Source: Rhynchopus sp. YZ270_cl-10 (Eukaryota). From it: a DNA stretch of 64,000 nt. The translations under genes were made by a program, and so were the position numbers. The first letter of the stretch is position 1, and each line of letters starts with the position of its first letter. The stretch lies in contig OZ037837.1 of assembly GCA_964035575.1 (NCBI GenBank), positions 62,001 to 126,000 of the forward strand. Direction: 5' to 3'. Positions 49,007-60,222 of the stretch are shown one piece after another. The notes beneath the pieces are model-generated. The model had not been told where the DNA came from and made no database searches. It was given only the letters and a program-made list of their open reading frames with translations.

Positions 49007-51179
49007 TTATCGCACAGCATCAGCTGCGCTGGCTTCTACAAGTTTGTTGTCAGGGATGATGTCATTTCCCCAGCCGGAGTTCGTAATTTTGGCACGTACG
49101 ATGACGTGTTCAAGCATGTGCATAGTGTAGCCCGGGTACGTAAAAACTGGGCGACGGTCGTAGCCAATAAGTCCGGGTGTGCCAATGGACCGGAGGCCCC
49201 GTGAGGAGGTGATGGCGGATGCGGGAAATGGGTTTTGAATCCCAAGGGCTTTGCACAGGCGGTGAAGCTTGTTGAGCAATGTGCGCAAGGCGGCGGCCCG
49301 TTCTCTAATGTTAGAGGTTGGCCGGAGAACGTAGATCCTGTGGAAAATTTCCAGGTCAATGGCAAGTTCCACGCATGTCACAGGCAGGTTGGCGGTGCTC
49401 CATTTCAGGGAGGAGGCCCATTGGAGCATTTGCTTCAGTTCGCGGCGCTTCTGCTTGCATCGCGGATCATCGTCCTTCCCAAAGAAAGGGGCGAGCTGCC
49501 GGTAGATGGCCTCCTGGTATGGGGGCGCATCGAACACTTCAAAGTCCATACGCCATGGGTGGCGTGCAGGCGCTGTGGTCGTCCGCGAGGACAGGTGATC
49601 ATCTACTGCGGTGGTGACGTCCAGCAGGTATCTCTGCATGTCGGTTACTACGTGCTTGGGCGTGTTCGTGGGAGCTATGCCATGCATAGCCAGGCAACTC
49701 GGGGTGTTCGGGCCGATCCTGTCGAGGAGAGGGCGGTGTGCTTCCTTCACGTTAGCAGACACAGTGTGCGGGCAAGTCCACAGCAGGTGCTTCGCCAGCC
49801 CGAGGTTGGTGTGAGGCATAAGGGGCACTGATTCACTTCGAGGTGTATGCCACCTCTCTTTGTTGACTCGTATAGGCACAGCACCGTAGGGTGCGCGTAG
49901 AGTATCCCATCGCAGATGATACGGCGGAGGCGGTAAGCTAGCAGGGGGTGGGACCACTGCAGTTGGTCGTGCAGGTACGTGGTGTCGGCGAGGTTGACAC
50001 CGTATTGAGCGCCGTCGTAAGTCGGTCTGTCCAAGGCAAGATCTGTGAACTTCTGTCGTCGGACGATTTCGCGAATGGCGTGGTGTCGTTCACCTGGCGC
50101 GAGAAGACCTAGGGCGTGTGTCTTCTCTTCTTCCACGGGGGCACTCGAGAGCTCCGTAACGGTTGTTAGGTCGTCACACCACCTCACGCCTGTCAGTATG
50201 CTAGTGGAGGTCATGTTGCCGACCGGCCCGTGGGGGCGGAAGTCCCAGCCTCCTCCTGCGTTGTACCTCTTGTAGATCGACAGGCATCGTTCTCTCAGTG
50301 TTGCGTCAAATGCTATGTGGTCAAGCACGACGTTCATGGACCGGTTGCAGATGATGGCAGCCGGGTCAGTGCGGTGGCTCTTCAATAAAACGGTGCGTAT
50401 TGCGAGGCCTGCGCGTGTCCCATAGTCACTGCCCCAAAGGCAGGTGTTGACGGCGGTGGAGAGTTCCTTCAAGCTAGACTGCGAGGGCAGGGCGTACGGG
50501 ACCTCATACAGCGCACCCGGGAGGATGCATTCTGACACAATTCTATACTTGTGGTAGAAAGCCAGCGGCATACATCGTAGGCGTTGTAGGGCTGCAATGG
50601 CCTTGCGGACTCGTTCCGGAGAGGAGCGTCGAGAGTGCTTCGAGCAGTAGAGGTAGACCCCTAGTATCTTTACCTTCACCAGTGTTTTGTATCTGTGACC
50701 TGTGTTCGAGACAAGAGTGCTGGTGAAGCTCTCACGTGATCCAAATGCAACGGTTTTGGTGTCGTTGAGTTTCATTCCGGTGATGGCACAAAACCTCTCC
50801 ACAATGCGCAGGCATGGCTCTAAGCTGTTCATCGACTTCCGTGACAGGAGGGTGATGTCGTCCGCGTACGCACGCGAACAGGTGTTCTTGCAGCTGTCCA
50901 GGTCCTTCAGCAGCACTGCGACCAGCGCATTAATCAAGACGACGCTGATGGGGCATCCTTGGAGGATGCCGTTCGTCACTCTGAACGGGGTACCCACGCC
51001 AAGTGGAAGCTGGAACCTACGTTGAAGTTGCTCGTACATGGTGCGGAGCGGCTGCAGAATGCGGGGGTGTAGCCCAAGTCGTGCTGCGAGCTCGAGGGTA
51101 AGCTTCTGGGGAACACGGTCAAAGCATTTAGCAAAGTCAAGTGCCAGGCCGTACAGCGGTTCTCCGCCAGACAGTGCGT
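49007..51179 (-). pseudogene. LINE ORF 3' part: RT core (YADD), thumb, frameshifted zinc knuckle and C-terminal domain
   Basis: ORFs 49747-51237 and 49007-49957 overlap at the knuckle; no RNase H recognised. Confidence 0.85.
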
Positions 51180-51252
51180 GGGGGCAATTAACGTCTGACC
51201 AACCGCCAAGTGGGGCCCCTGGACGCCGTGTTCGCATGGTACTGAGTCAGCG
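51180..51252 (+). ncRNA. candidate HDV-like self-cleaving ribozyme
   Basis: P1 GGGGGC/GCCCCU with a G1.U wobble; P2 CUGAC/GUCAG; L3 containing ACC and GG after P1' (P1.1); P4 GCCGUG-UUCG-CAUGGU; J4/2 ACUGA; begins at the insertion boundary. Confidence 0.6.
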
Positions 51253-52819
51253 TGGGCGGCCGCCTCTCCAATGATGGATTCGCTCGGGACCGGAGGAGGA
51301 ACAAGCCGATGTGGGGACCCTGGTTATTAACACAACATCACAGTCAATTTCGGGCAGATCACCAGCTTATGTAGGCTACGCAAACCCCTTCGAGGGGTTT
51401 CAAGGATCTGTTACCTGTGCGGTGACTGGGAGTGTGTTGATGCCGATGAGGGGATCCCAGGTACAAGAAGGAAGCGTTGCCGGTGTCTCTACTGGTGACG
51501 GAATATTGTTGCTGTTCCTGTGTTGTCGTTTGACCGCATGGGAACGTTTTGTTGCTTTGTTGGTGCGTACACTGTATGTGAAACAACTGTGGATCAGCAG
51601 GTACGTGCTCTTGTGTATTCAGTGTGGTGTGTTGTAGTTTTGTTCAGTTCAGTTCAGTTTTCATCTTTTTGCCGTAGTAGAATTCTTGTGTTATGTGTTT
51701 AACCTCAGGCTGTGTACACCGTAGTGAAACATCTGTGGATCTGCAGGTGCGTGCTCTGTCGTTAATTCAGTGTGGCATGTTGTAGTTTTTGGTCTGTTTT
51801 TACGTTTTTATACGTTAGTAGAAGAAGGGATCTGCGAACATTCATTCGCAGGTGGGTACAAGATTCAGCTACGGTGCAGAAGAAGTAGTAGGGCAGACCA
51901 ACGTCTGTGCTAGAAGGAAGAGGTTAAACTTTCAGGGTGTATGCACTGTACGTGAAACAACTGTGGATCTGCAGGTACATGCTCTGCTGTTTTTCCATTG
52001 TGTTTATTTTTGTTCTATTTTCACGTGCTTTGGTACGTTGATAGATGAAGGAGTTGTCGTCGTGGCGTCCAGCTACGGTGCAGAAGAGGCAGTAGGGCAG
52101 ACCAACTACCAACTGTAGGGTCTGTGCTACGCGGAAAGGCTGGTACTTGAGTTTGTTCACTGTTTGTTGTAACTCCTTCCCTGCCGGCACTCCCTTACTT
52201 GTAAGGAAGAAGTTACAACTTTCTCTGTACAAATCAGGGGGATTTTGTGTGGCCGTCTGCCATATTGTGTGGACATGTTAGCTGACGGTGCTGCTGTTTC
52301 TTTTACAGCAACACTGCTCTTGCTGTTGATTTTTCTTTTTCATTTTTACTTTTATTGTTTCGAAAAACGGAGGTTAATGTTTCCGGTTCGGGCCTGGACT
52401 CCGACCCCTACTTTTGCTGACGTGTACGAACGGTCGTGAACCGTCCCCACTCTCTTACGGTGCGGGCACCGCGGTAACGGTGGCTAGGAAGAAGGGAATC
52501 ACCCAGAACCACTAATCGCAGCCTGACAGGCACCGAACCTCGGGTGAGAATCCCCTCCTGTCAGCCCTGTTCGAAGTACCTATTTTGTTTGACCTTCTTG
52601 TCTTTTTGACTTTTTGACTTTTCTTTTATGCTATCGAACAGTGCACCCCCAGTAGTGTTGGCATGCATACCTGGGCTGGTCGGCTTGCCGATCTGTTCCA
52701 GGGACTGGGGTAAAGTGCCATTAAACGCAGCAGGTACCTGTGTTTTTTGGGGGTCTTTTGGTTGGGAAGGCCACAGAAAGAAGGCCCGGCCTGCCAGAGA
52801 CCGTTAAAACGGACTACCA
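51180..52819 (+). mobile_element. 1.64-kb non-coding, non-autonomous retroelement-like insertion with a 19-bp TSD
   Basis: tctccgccagacagtgcgt at 51161-51179 and 52820-52838; removing the insert restores ...EDALSGG-EPLYGLALDF; no TIRs, no credible ORF; internal direct repeats at ~51579, ~51725, ~51952. Confidence 0.85.
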
Positions 52820-55017
52820 TCTCCGCCAGACAGTGCGTCTTCCAGCTGCGTGCAGATGTCGAACAGGACGTTGTGAGCCCCGTGGCGAGGGCGGAAGCCG
52901 TGTTGGTCCTTGTGAATCCAGGTTTCTTGCCACTTCTGGATACTACGTACTCGTGCTGACGCCCAGAGTCTGTAGACGCTGCTCGTCACGGTGATCGGGC
53001 GGTGGTCCAGCGGGTCCTTTCCCTCTCCCTTTGGTATGAGAGTCACAAGCGCAGTGAGCAACGCTTCAGGCCACGTGCCGGATTCTTCGATCTCGTTGAA
53101 CGTTGTGGCAAACGCATTCAGCAGGACCACAGGAAGGCGCTTCAGCTCACCCATGCGCCACCCATCGACACCACATGCGCCAGACTTCTTCTTGCTCTGC
53201 AGAACGCGGTCCAGGTCCTCCCCAGTGAGAGGGAGCAAATCCATGTTGTGCTTCGCTACATGTTTCCCAAACACAGCATCAAAGTCGTCATACTCCGGTT
53301 CAGGGCACTCGCGGTACAGCTGGAATACCGATTTCCACTCTTCCTGGAGGATGGCATCCATCTCTTGTGCGTTGGCCGTCAGGGTCCCGTCTCTTCTAGC
53401 CACAGCCAGCAGATCGTCCGGCAGGGCACCCCTGCAGAAGGCCGTGAGCTTCTTCCGGTCCACGTCGAAGTTGTGCACCGCCTTCAGTTTCTGTTGACTT
53501 TCCCTGTAGACTCGATTGTCCCTACCCAGGTCACTCGCCAGTGTCGCAGAGGTAGTGTGGAGGTCCTCTGCTAGCGCCTGCTGCTCTGCTATGCCCAGGG
53601 GAAGGTCGTCCACAGACAGGTCACGCACGCGCAGTTCCTTGCATTTTCGGAGTGTAGATGCCCACAGGCAGTAAGTCTTGTGCTCCAGCACGGTGAACCC
53701 CCCATTCGCCAGTCTCTTTAGTTGAATCTGGAGCTCCAGAGACATATTCGCCAGGCGGGCCAGCTCCACCTGCCGAGGGGGTGCTGCACCTGTCGAGTAT
53801 TTCGTCGTCGGGGCTGCGATCGTTTTCTGCACCGGCTGCCTCACCTCACCACGGCCACGGTGGCCACGATTCGTAGGGATGCCATCGTCTCTCGCACACA
53901 GAAGTAGGTACTCCTCACTAGCCTGCGACACCGCATTCCACATGTCATGTACGTCCAGACGTGCTTCAGCTTCGCAGCCAGGAGAGCGGCGCATTGTGCT
54001 GATCTCTGCACACTCGGGTCAGGCTTCACCATCGACAGATCCTTCGGCACAACAAATCGGTAGACTAGTTGTGTGAAGGCGGCAAGAGAGAGCTCCAGTG
54101 ACAGCGCTGTGCTGCGGTACTCCCACGTGGTGCGTCGTACACCTGGACAAAGCAGCGGCCGCCACCTCATTCAGCAGTACGTGGTCAATCCGCGTGCCTT
54201 CAGAGTCGCGTCGCATGAAGGTTGGAGGAGGGACACAACCGAGCCTTTGGGCCTGCACCACAGCAGCGTCAGTCCACCCAGACTTCACCGCTTCCCGCAG
54301 AATGTACGACGCAGAGGCAGAGGTGTTCAGGTCACCGCACACAACCACCGGCACGTCCTTCCCTAGAGCATTAGGCATGGTGTTGAGGACGCAGTGCAGA
54401 AGTTTCTCGCGATCCTTCTTCCTCCCTCCTTTAGAGCCTGAGTGAGCGTACACATTGAAGATATACAGGAACACGCCTCCCGCCCCCAGGGCCAGACGCG
54501 TGAGCTGTATCCTGTCTTGGTACAGGTTGATGTTGTTCAGCGTGTTGTCGTGGAATGCGCTCGTGGGTCTGCGCACTAGTGTGGCCACCCCGCCCCTCTC
54601 CTCAATGGTGGGGTGGCGTATACCTGCAAGCATGAATCCGGGCTGTGGTCTGCCCCATAATGGCTTCCAGACAGGCGGGAGGTCGGCTTCTATCCTGCGG
54701 GCACCTTCTTCCGTCAGCTTCACTTCCTGCAGGCAGAGCACTGTGCTGTTCAACGCAAGCGTGCAGGCAGCGTGGTTGGCGTAGGAGGTGACGTTGCAGG
54801 TGGTGACTGTGATGCAGCCTTCGCTTGTAGGTGGTACAGCAGACAAAGGTGGTCCTGTGCTGGCGGCAGCGGTGCGCTGTTTCTTCGCTGCTGGTGGGCC
54901 GGCTGTGCGGTTGTTGTGCGTACCGGTCTTGCAAGATGGCTTGGCTTTCTTGGGTCCGGGGTGTGGGTGAACGCTACCGGAGGTGACAAGTCGCTGCTGA
55001 TTCGTGGTTGACACGTC
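52820..55017 (-). pseudogene. LINE ORF 5' part: 2A-like motif, APE endonuclease, linker and N-terminal RT motifs (at least two frameshifts near 53990-54100)
   Basis: ORFs 54019-55053, 53841-54170 and 52804-53994 tile the expected domain order. Confidence 0.85.
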
Positions 55018-55625
55018 GAAGAAATTCAACCTAATACTATGGGTGCTATGCAATCAATAAACTGATAGCATAGGAGGAAGAAGAGAAAAATACGGGAGTG
55101 AGAGACCCGGGGATGGGCGACAGGGAGGGGAGGGGGAGAGGGAGAAACACCACGACTGTGGTGGATTTGAGCGAATCAAATAATGTGACATTTGTTGTAT
55201 TCTCTACTGTGTTGATGGGAAAGTTCACTACGGGCCAACAAGACCTGACTCCAAAGATACTCATTCCAACATCGCCAAATATTTCACTAGAGCACATAGC
55301 TCTAAAGAGAAGGTGGCTACCACAGGTGGAAGGCATTCATTGAGTTATAAGAACTAAAGCACGAAGTAAATATGCCTCTCGCGAACATGATGCCACATCA
55401 ACTTGAAAAAAGAATGTGGCTTTGCAATACAAATGTGCACGCTCCTTCAAAATGACTGTCATTCGTTAAAAGGGGGTGAACTGTGTCAAGACATATTCGC
55501 ACAAAATGATGGGACACTGCTATCTTGTGTACAACACAGGTGGGTTACAAGGGGTACTGGAAAAAACAAAACAAAAAGAATAAAAATAAATTTGTGGGTC
55601 AAAGGAATTGTGTGTTAGGAACAGC

Positions 55626-57269
55626 CTAGAACGTCTCTACGACGTCGTCGAACTGGTATTTTCGGGCCGCCAGGTCGCGAAGGAGGTCCTTCAGTTTGTA
55701 GTTCTTTTCGCTGAGAAACATCTTTATTTTGGTCTTCGTGTTCATCACAAGTGGGTCGAGACGGCAGAACCGCACTACGCGTTCCACAGCTTTGCTGCAG
55801 CCGTTGAGGCGTATCCTCTTCAACGCTGTGCAGTTGTGAAGAAAGTAGAGGTCTACCCGAGTCACTTTGCAGAGTGGGGACAGGTCCACTTCCGTCAGGC
55901 TGCTGCAGTCGGAAAGAAAGTACACACCAATTCTCACAGTGCTCGTGAGAGACGACAAGTCCACAGCTGTTAGCTTGGCGCAGTTGGCAAGAAAGTTGCT
56001 ACCTATTATCGTGACCTTCTTCGGTAAGTCCAGTGTTGTTAAGCTGCTGCAGTTGGAGAGAAAGTTGCTGCCTATCTGCGACAGCTCGGTCAAGGGAGCC
56101 AAGTTCAGTGCTGTGATGCTTTCGCAGTTGTGAAGAAACGAGTCGCAGATGCGCATCACCTTCCTGAGTGGCGACAGGTCTAGTTCTGGCAAGCCTCTGC
56201 AGTTCGACAGAAAGTGCGTGCCTATTTGCGTGACCCTGCTCAGCCCGGACAGGTTTACTGTTCTCAAGCTTGCGCAGTTGTAAAGAAAATGATCGCCAAC
56301 CTGCTCAAGACTGCTCAACGGTGACAGGTCCAGCACTGTTATGTTATTGCAGTTGCTGAGAAAGTGGTTACCAAAGTGCGTAACGCTGACCAACTTGGAC
56401 AAGTCCACTGCTGACAAGCTGTTGCACTCGGAAAGAAAGTCATCACCTATCCGCACAACCCTGCTGAGTGGCGACAGGTCCAGCTTTGTCAGGCCGCTGC
56501 AGTGGTACAGAAAGTGATTCTCTATCTCCTCCACCAGTCTGAGTGGCGACAGGTCCAAAGTGGTTAAGCCCACACAACAGCTTAGAAAGTTACCAACCTT
56601 CGTGACTCTGCTGAAAGACGTCAAATCCAGCACTCTCAAGCATCCGCAGTTGTAGAGAAAGCAGTCCTGAATCACCGTGACGTTGCTTTGTGCTGGCAGG
56701 TCTAGTTGTGTCAGGCTTGTGCACTCAGCGAGAAAATTGCCGCCTATTTGTGTTATTTTGTTGAGCGACGAGAGGTCCAGTTGTGTTAAACTTCTGCAGT
56801 TGGTGAGAAAGCTGTGACCAATGCTGGTCAGATGTGGCGCAACACTGAGATCAAGCGTCGTTATCGTTGTGTCCTGTAAGAAGTCGTCTGGAACTGCAGG
56901 GGACACCTCGGCCTGCAGAAGCAAACACGCAATCTTTGGGTCTCTCTCGTGTTTCAGGGTGTACACTGACACAAAATATTCACCCAATTCCTCGTCTGAG
57001 GACACGTCACCATCCAGCACACCAAGTGCCTCGAGTTCTGCAAGCGCCTCGTGCTTCAGCGTCTTCGTGAGCAAGATTGTGTCACCAGCACTCAGTTCTG
57101 TGATGTCCTCTCCTTCGTCCTTCCCTCCGAAGCCCATGCGGAAGCTGTCCTCAGCCAACCCCACTGCAGACGCCACCTTCTGCCGCATCGTCACCACTGT
57201 GTCATCCACACCCACCTCAATCACGTACGAGCTATCATTGCAGCCTTTGTTGATGATGGTCACTTCCAT
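55626..57269 (-). CDS. Ubl-LRR protein copy 2 (intact)
   Basis: 547 aa; N-terminal Ubl-like DTVVTMRQKVASAVGLAEDSFRMGFGGK followed by tandem 25-aa LRRs. Confidence 0.85.
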   Translation of the reverse strand: MEVTIINKGCNDSSYVIEVGVDDTVVTMRQKVASAVGLAEDSFRMGFGGKDEGEDITELSAGDTILLTKTLKHEALAELEALGVLDGDVSSDEELGEYFVSVYTLKHERDPKIACLLLQAEVSPAVPDDFLQDTTITTLDLSVAPHLTSIGHSFLTNCRSLTQLDLSSLNKITQIGGNFLAECTSLTQLDLPAQSNVTVIQDCFLYNCGCLRVLDLTSFSRVTKVGNFLSCCVGLTTLDLSPLRLVEEIENHFLYHCSGLTKLDLSPLSRVVRIGDDFLSECNSLSAVDLSKLVSVTHFGNHFLSNCNNITVLDLSPLSSLEQVGDHFLYNCASLRTVNLSGLSRVTQIGTHFLSNCRGLPELDLSPLRKVMRICDSFLHNCESITALNLAPLTELSQIGSNFLSNCSSLTTLDLPKKVTIIGSNFLANCAKLTAVDLSSLTSTVRIGVYFLSDCSSLTEVDLSPLCKVTRVDLYFLHNCTALKRIRLNGCSKAVERVVRFCRLDPLVMNTKTKIKMFLSEKNYKLKDLLRDLAARKYQFDDVVETF

Positions 57270-58156
57270 TTGTCTTCCTTTTTGTGTTGCTCTGTTATGG
57301 TGGGGTTGTGGGGTTGGGGCAACAACGTGTGGGCCACGTTCCCGACGGACACTGAGTCACTTTCACTCTTTCAAATATGTGTTGCTGCTGAACACAAGAC
57401 AGAAGTGCTGTGGACATCTTCTTCGTGGAGCTGCAGCACTCATAAGCGAGGATAACGCAAAGGAACACACAACTCTTAACGTGCACACTTTGTTCAAAAT
57501 GAAATACCCCCCCTTCTCACGTACGTGAGGCTTCTCTATTTATTCGTCACTTGTCTGCTGTTTGACGATCGCGTCCATCTATGTGGTGAACACTGGGACA
57601 TTAGGCACACGAATGTTTCAGACAACAAAAGAGACAGCAAAAACTAGAAAATGACAACCATTTACAACAAAATGCTTGAGAGACACGTTTCTCTTTGCTC
57701 TTGTTGCTCGAAGACAAAAAACGGGGAGGGGGAAAAAATACAGGTTGTTTGTTGTTCGCTTCCACAAAAAAGCTCACAAAATTGGCGTCATCAGGGCACA
57801 AATCTTTACAACGTGTGCACAGTGACAGGGTAAAGGGGGTCGCGGTCAACTATTACGGGTGAAAAACCATACCAAGAATTTTCCACAAAACCTTTACGGT
57901 GTACCATGCGAGCTTCACACCACACCAAAAATGGTTCGAATTGACAAAAGCATTTCTTATGATTGTTTTATTTTTCCTTCCTTCAAAACTTCACACACAA
58001 CGCTTTTTGGTTTTTGGAAGACACACAAGGTGCCAGGTTCTATGATAAGCACGGAACCACCCTGCACCTGTTTGTCATATATATTGTTTCCCGTGCAATA
58101 CATGGGGAAACGTTTCGCGTCGAAACTAGGGAGAGAAAGCTTTTTGATAAAAGTTA

Positions 58157-58571
58157 CTGGGGGGGGGGCTAATACAAGAGGTACTGCTAATACAAGAGGT
58201 ATGCCTAATACAAGAGGTACTTTGAAATCGGGATTTTCGCGATTTTTTACCGGCTAATACAAGAGGTACTTTATTCTTTCCTTTATTTGACTTGATCACT
58301 TTTTTTTCAAAAAAATAAATCGATGGTGTCAAATGAAAGGTTTGCTCAAAATCTTTCAATTGCGGCCAGGTACGATCAAAAAGTTGAAAATTTTCCCGTG
58401 TTACTGGTTGGCGAGAGTAAAAATCCAGAAAAAAAATTAGCAAAAATCCAGAAAAAAAAAGCTAATACAAGAGGTACCTCTTGTATTAGACTTCCACCTA
58501 AAAAAATTTTTTTTAGTCGTAAATTCTTACGCCTAATAGAAGAGGTACCTCTTGTATTAGCCCCCCCCCAG
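58157..58571. mobile_element. TA-flanked MITE (CTGGGGG...GCTAATACAAGAGGTAC TIRs and repeats)
   Basis: TIRs plus TA on both sides; clean empty site with a single TA at ~46201-46244. Confidence 0.9.
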
Positions 58572-60222
58572 TAATGAAACACAAAAACCAAGCGCGTGTG
58601 GAAGAAAAAAGAAAAGAAAATATTTTTTCTGATTCAAAGTGGTGTTTACGTTTTGGGTACGGGGCGGAGAATAAAATCTGTTCGATAAAAGAAACGCAAG
58701 CTTTTTTGTTTTATCTTGTTCAAACGAATGATGTGATAATGTAGCATAAAATGGCGCCGAAGAAAAAATACGGGGGAGAGGGAGAAACACCACGACTGTG
58801 GTGATTATACTCAGAGAGTGGGGGTGAAATAATCCTCCCGTTGTGTCACCAAATCCCAAAACCCACCTTACTCCTTGTCGGGGTGGTTGGAACAGTGTTG
58901 TTAGAGACATGGAGAGGGTGAAGTGCAATAAAATGAGTGTCAGAATAGAACAAATCAAACAATGTGCGTTTGTTGTATTTTTGTGTTGAGGGACTGAAAA
59001 GACAAGGTTAGTTAATATGCACCTAGACCTCTCGTGAGTAGTCACCTTAATAAGTAGGTGGTGGTAAGTGTGCTTGTGTATCCTTCTATTGATCCTTCTT
59101 GCTTTGCATTGATGCATCCACACAGAAGATACGTCTTGTCTGTGAGGTATATGAAGCTGGTGTAGAGCACAGACATGGGATGGAGAGGGGCTGTCTAGGT
59201 GGGGAAATAGAAACTAACTTCCAGCTCTGAATAAAAAGAAAACAATGAAAAACAACTTTTTCGTTTATCGCTCTGCAAGCTTGTTGTGTTTTTTCGCTGA
59301 AGTGTGTGTTGTATGAGAGAGAAAAAATAATGAGTGAGAAAACACAAGCTGGCGGGGGCACGCACCTTCCGTCGTTTCTAATGTCAAGTACCTTGATTTA
59401 CAAAAAAAAAAAAAAAAAAAAACAGGGTGCCTCTTGTATTCGCCACCCATAAAACCCATAGTAACACAACTGTTCAAAAAAGCACGCTCGTGAATTGAAC
59501 GAATGATGCTTACCGCTTTGGCGGGTATGTTATATCAAAATGCCGCCAAAGAACGTGAAGTGGATAGTGCAAGAAGAAATTCAACATAATACTATGGGTG
59601 CTATGCAATCAATAAACTGATAGCATAGGAGGAAGAAGAGAAAAATACGGGAGTGAGAGACCCGGGGATGGGCGACAGGGAGGGGAGGGGGAGAGGGAGA
59701 AACACCACGACTGTGGTGGATTTGAGCGAATCAAATAATGTGACATTTGTTGTATTCTTTATTGTGTTGATGGGAAGGGAAGGGCATAGTATAAAGTACA
59801 TTATACTTCTGCTCTATTGACATTCACTACGTGCCAACAAGACCTGACTCCAAAGATACTCATTCCAACATCGCCAAATATTTCACTAGAGCCACATAGC
59901 TCTAAAGAGAAGGTGGCTACCACAGGTCATTGAGTTATAAGAACTAAAGCACAAAGTGATTATGCCTCTCGCGAACATGATGCCACATCAACCTGAAAAA
60001 AGAATGTGGCTTTGCAATACAAATGTGCACGCCCCTTCCTTCATAATGACTGTCATTCGCTAAAAGGGGGTGAACTGTGTCAAGACATATTCGCACAAAA
60101 TGATGGGACACTACTATATTGTGTACAACACAGTCGGGTTACAATGGGTACTGGAAAAAACTAAAAAGACAAAAAAAAATTTGTGGGTCAAAGGAATTGT
60201 GTGTTAGGAACAGCCTAGAACG

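Larger units (their letters stand above)
48950..55017 (-). mobile_element. APE-type non-LTR retrotransposon (LINE), 5'-truncated, frameshifted and interrupted; 7-bp TSD GAAGAAA
   Basis: APE motifs (TCNV, LCLQE, NVYA, GDLN, RIDH); RT motifs (RPIT, QHGFR, LDFAKCFDRV, GILQGCPIS, YADD); CPLC...HLLWTC knuckle; gaagaaa at 48943-48949 and 55018-55024; empty site gcaagaagaaattcaac at ~59569-59585. Confidence 0.92.

Noticed and set aside
51180..52819. The insert in the RT as a spliceosomal or group II intron
   Set aside because: No GT-AG ends on the LINE strand, no GUGYG or domain V, and the 19-bp target duplication points to an insertion event
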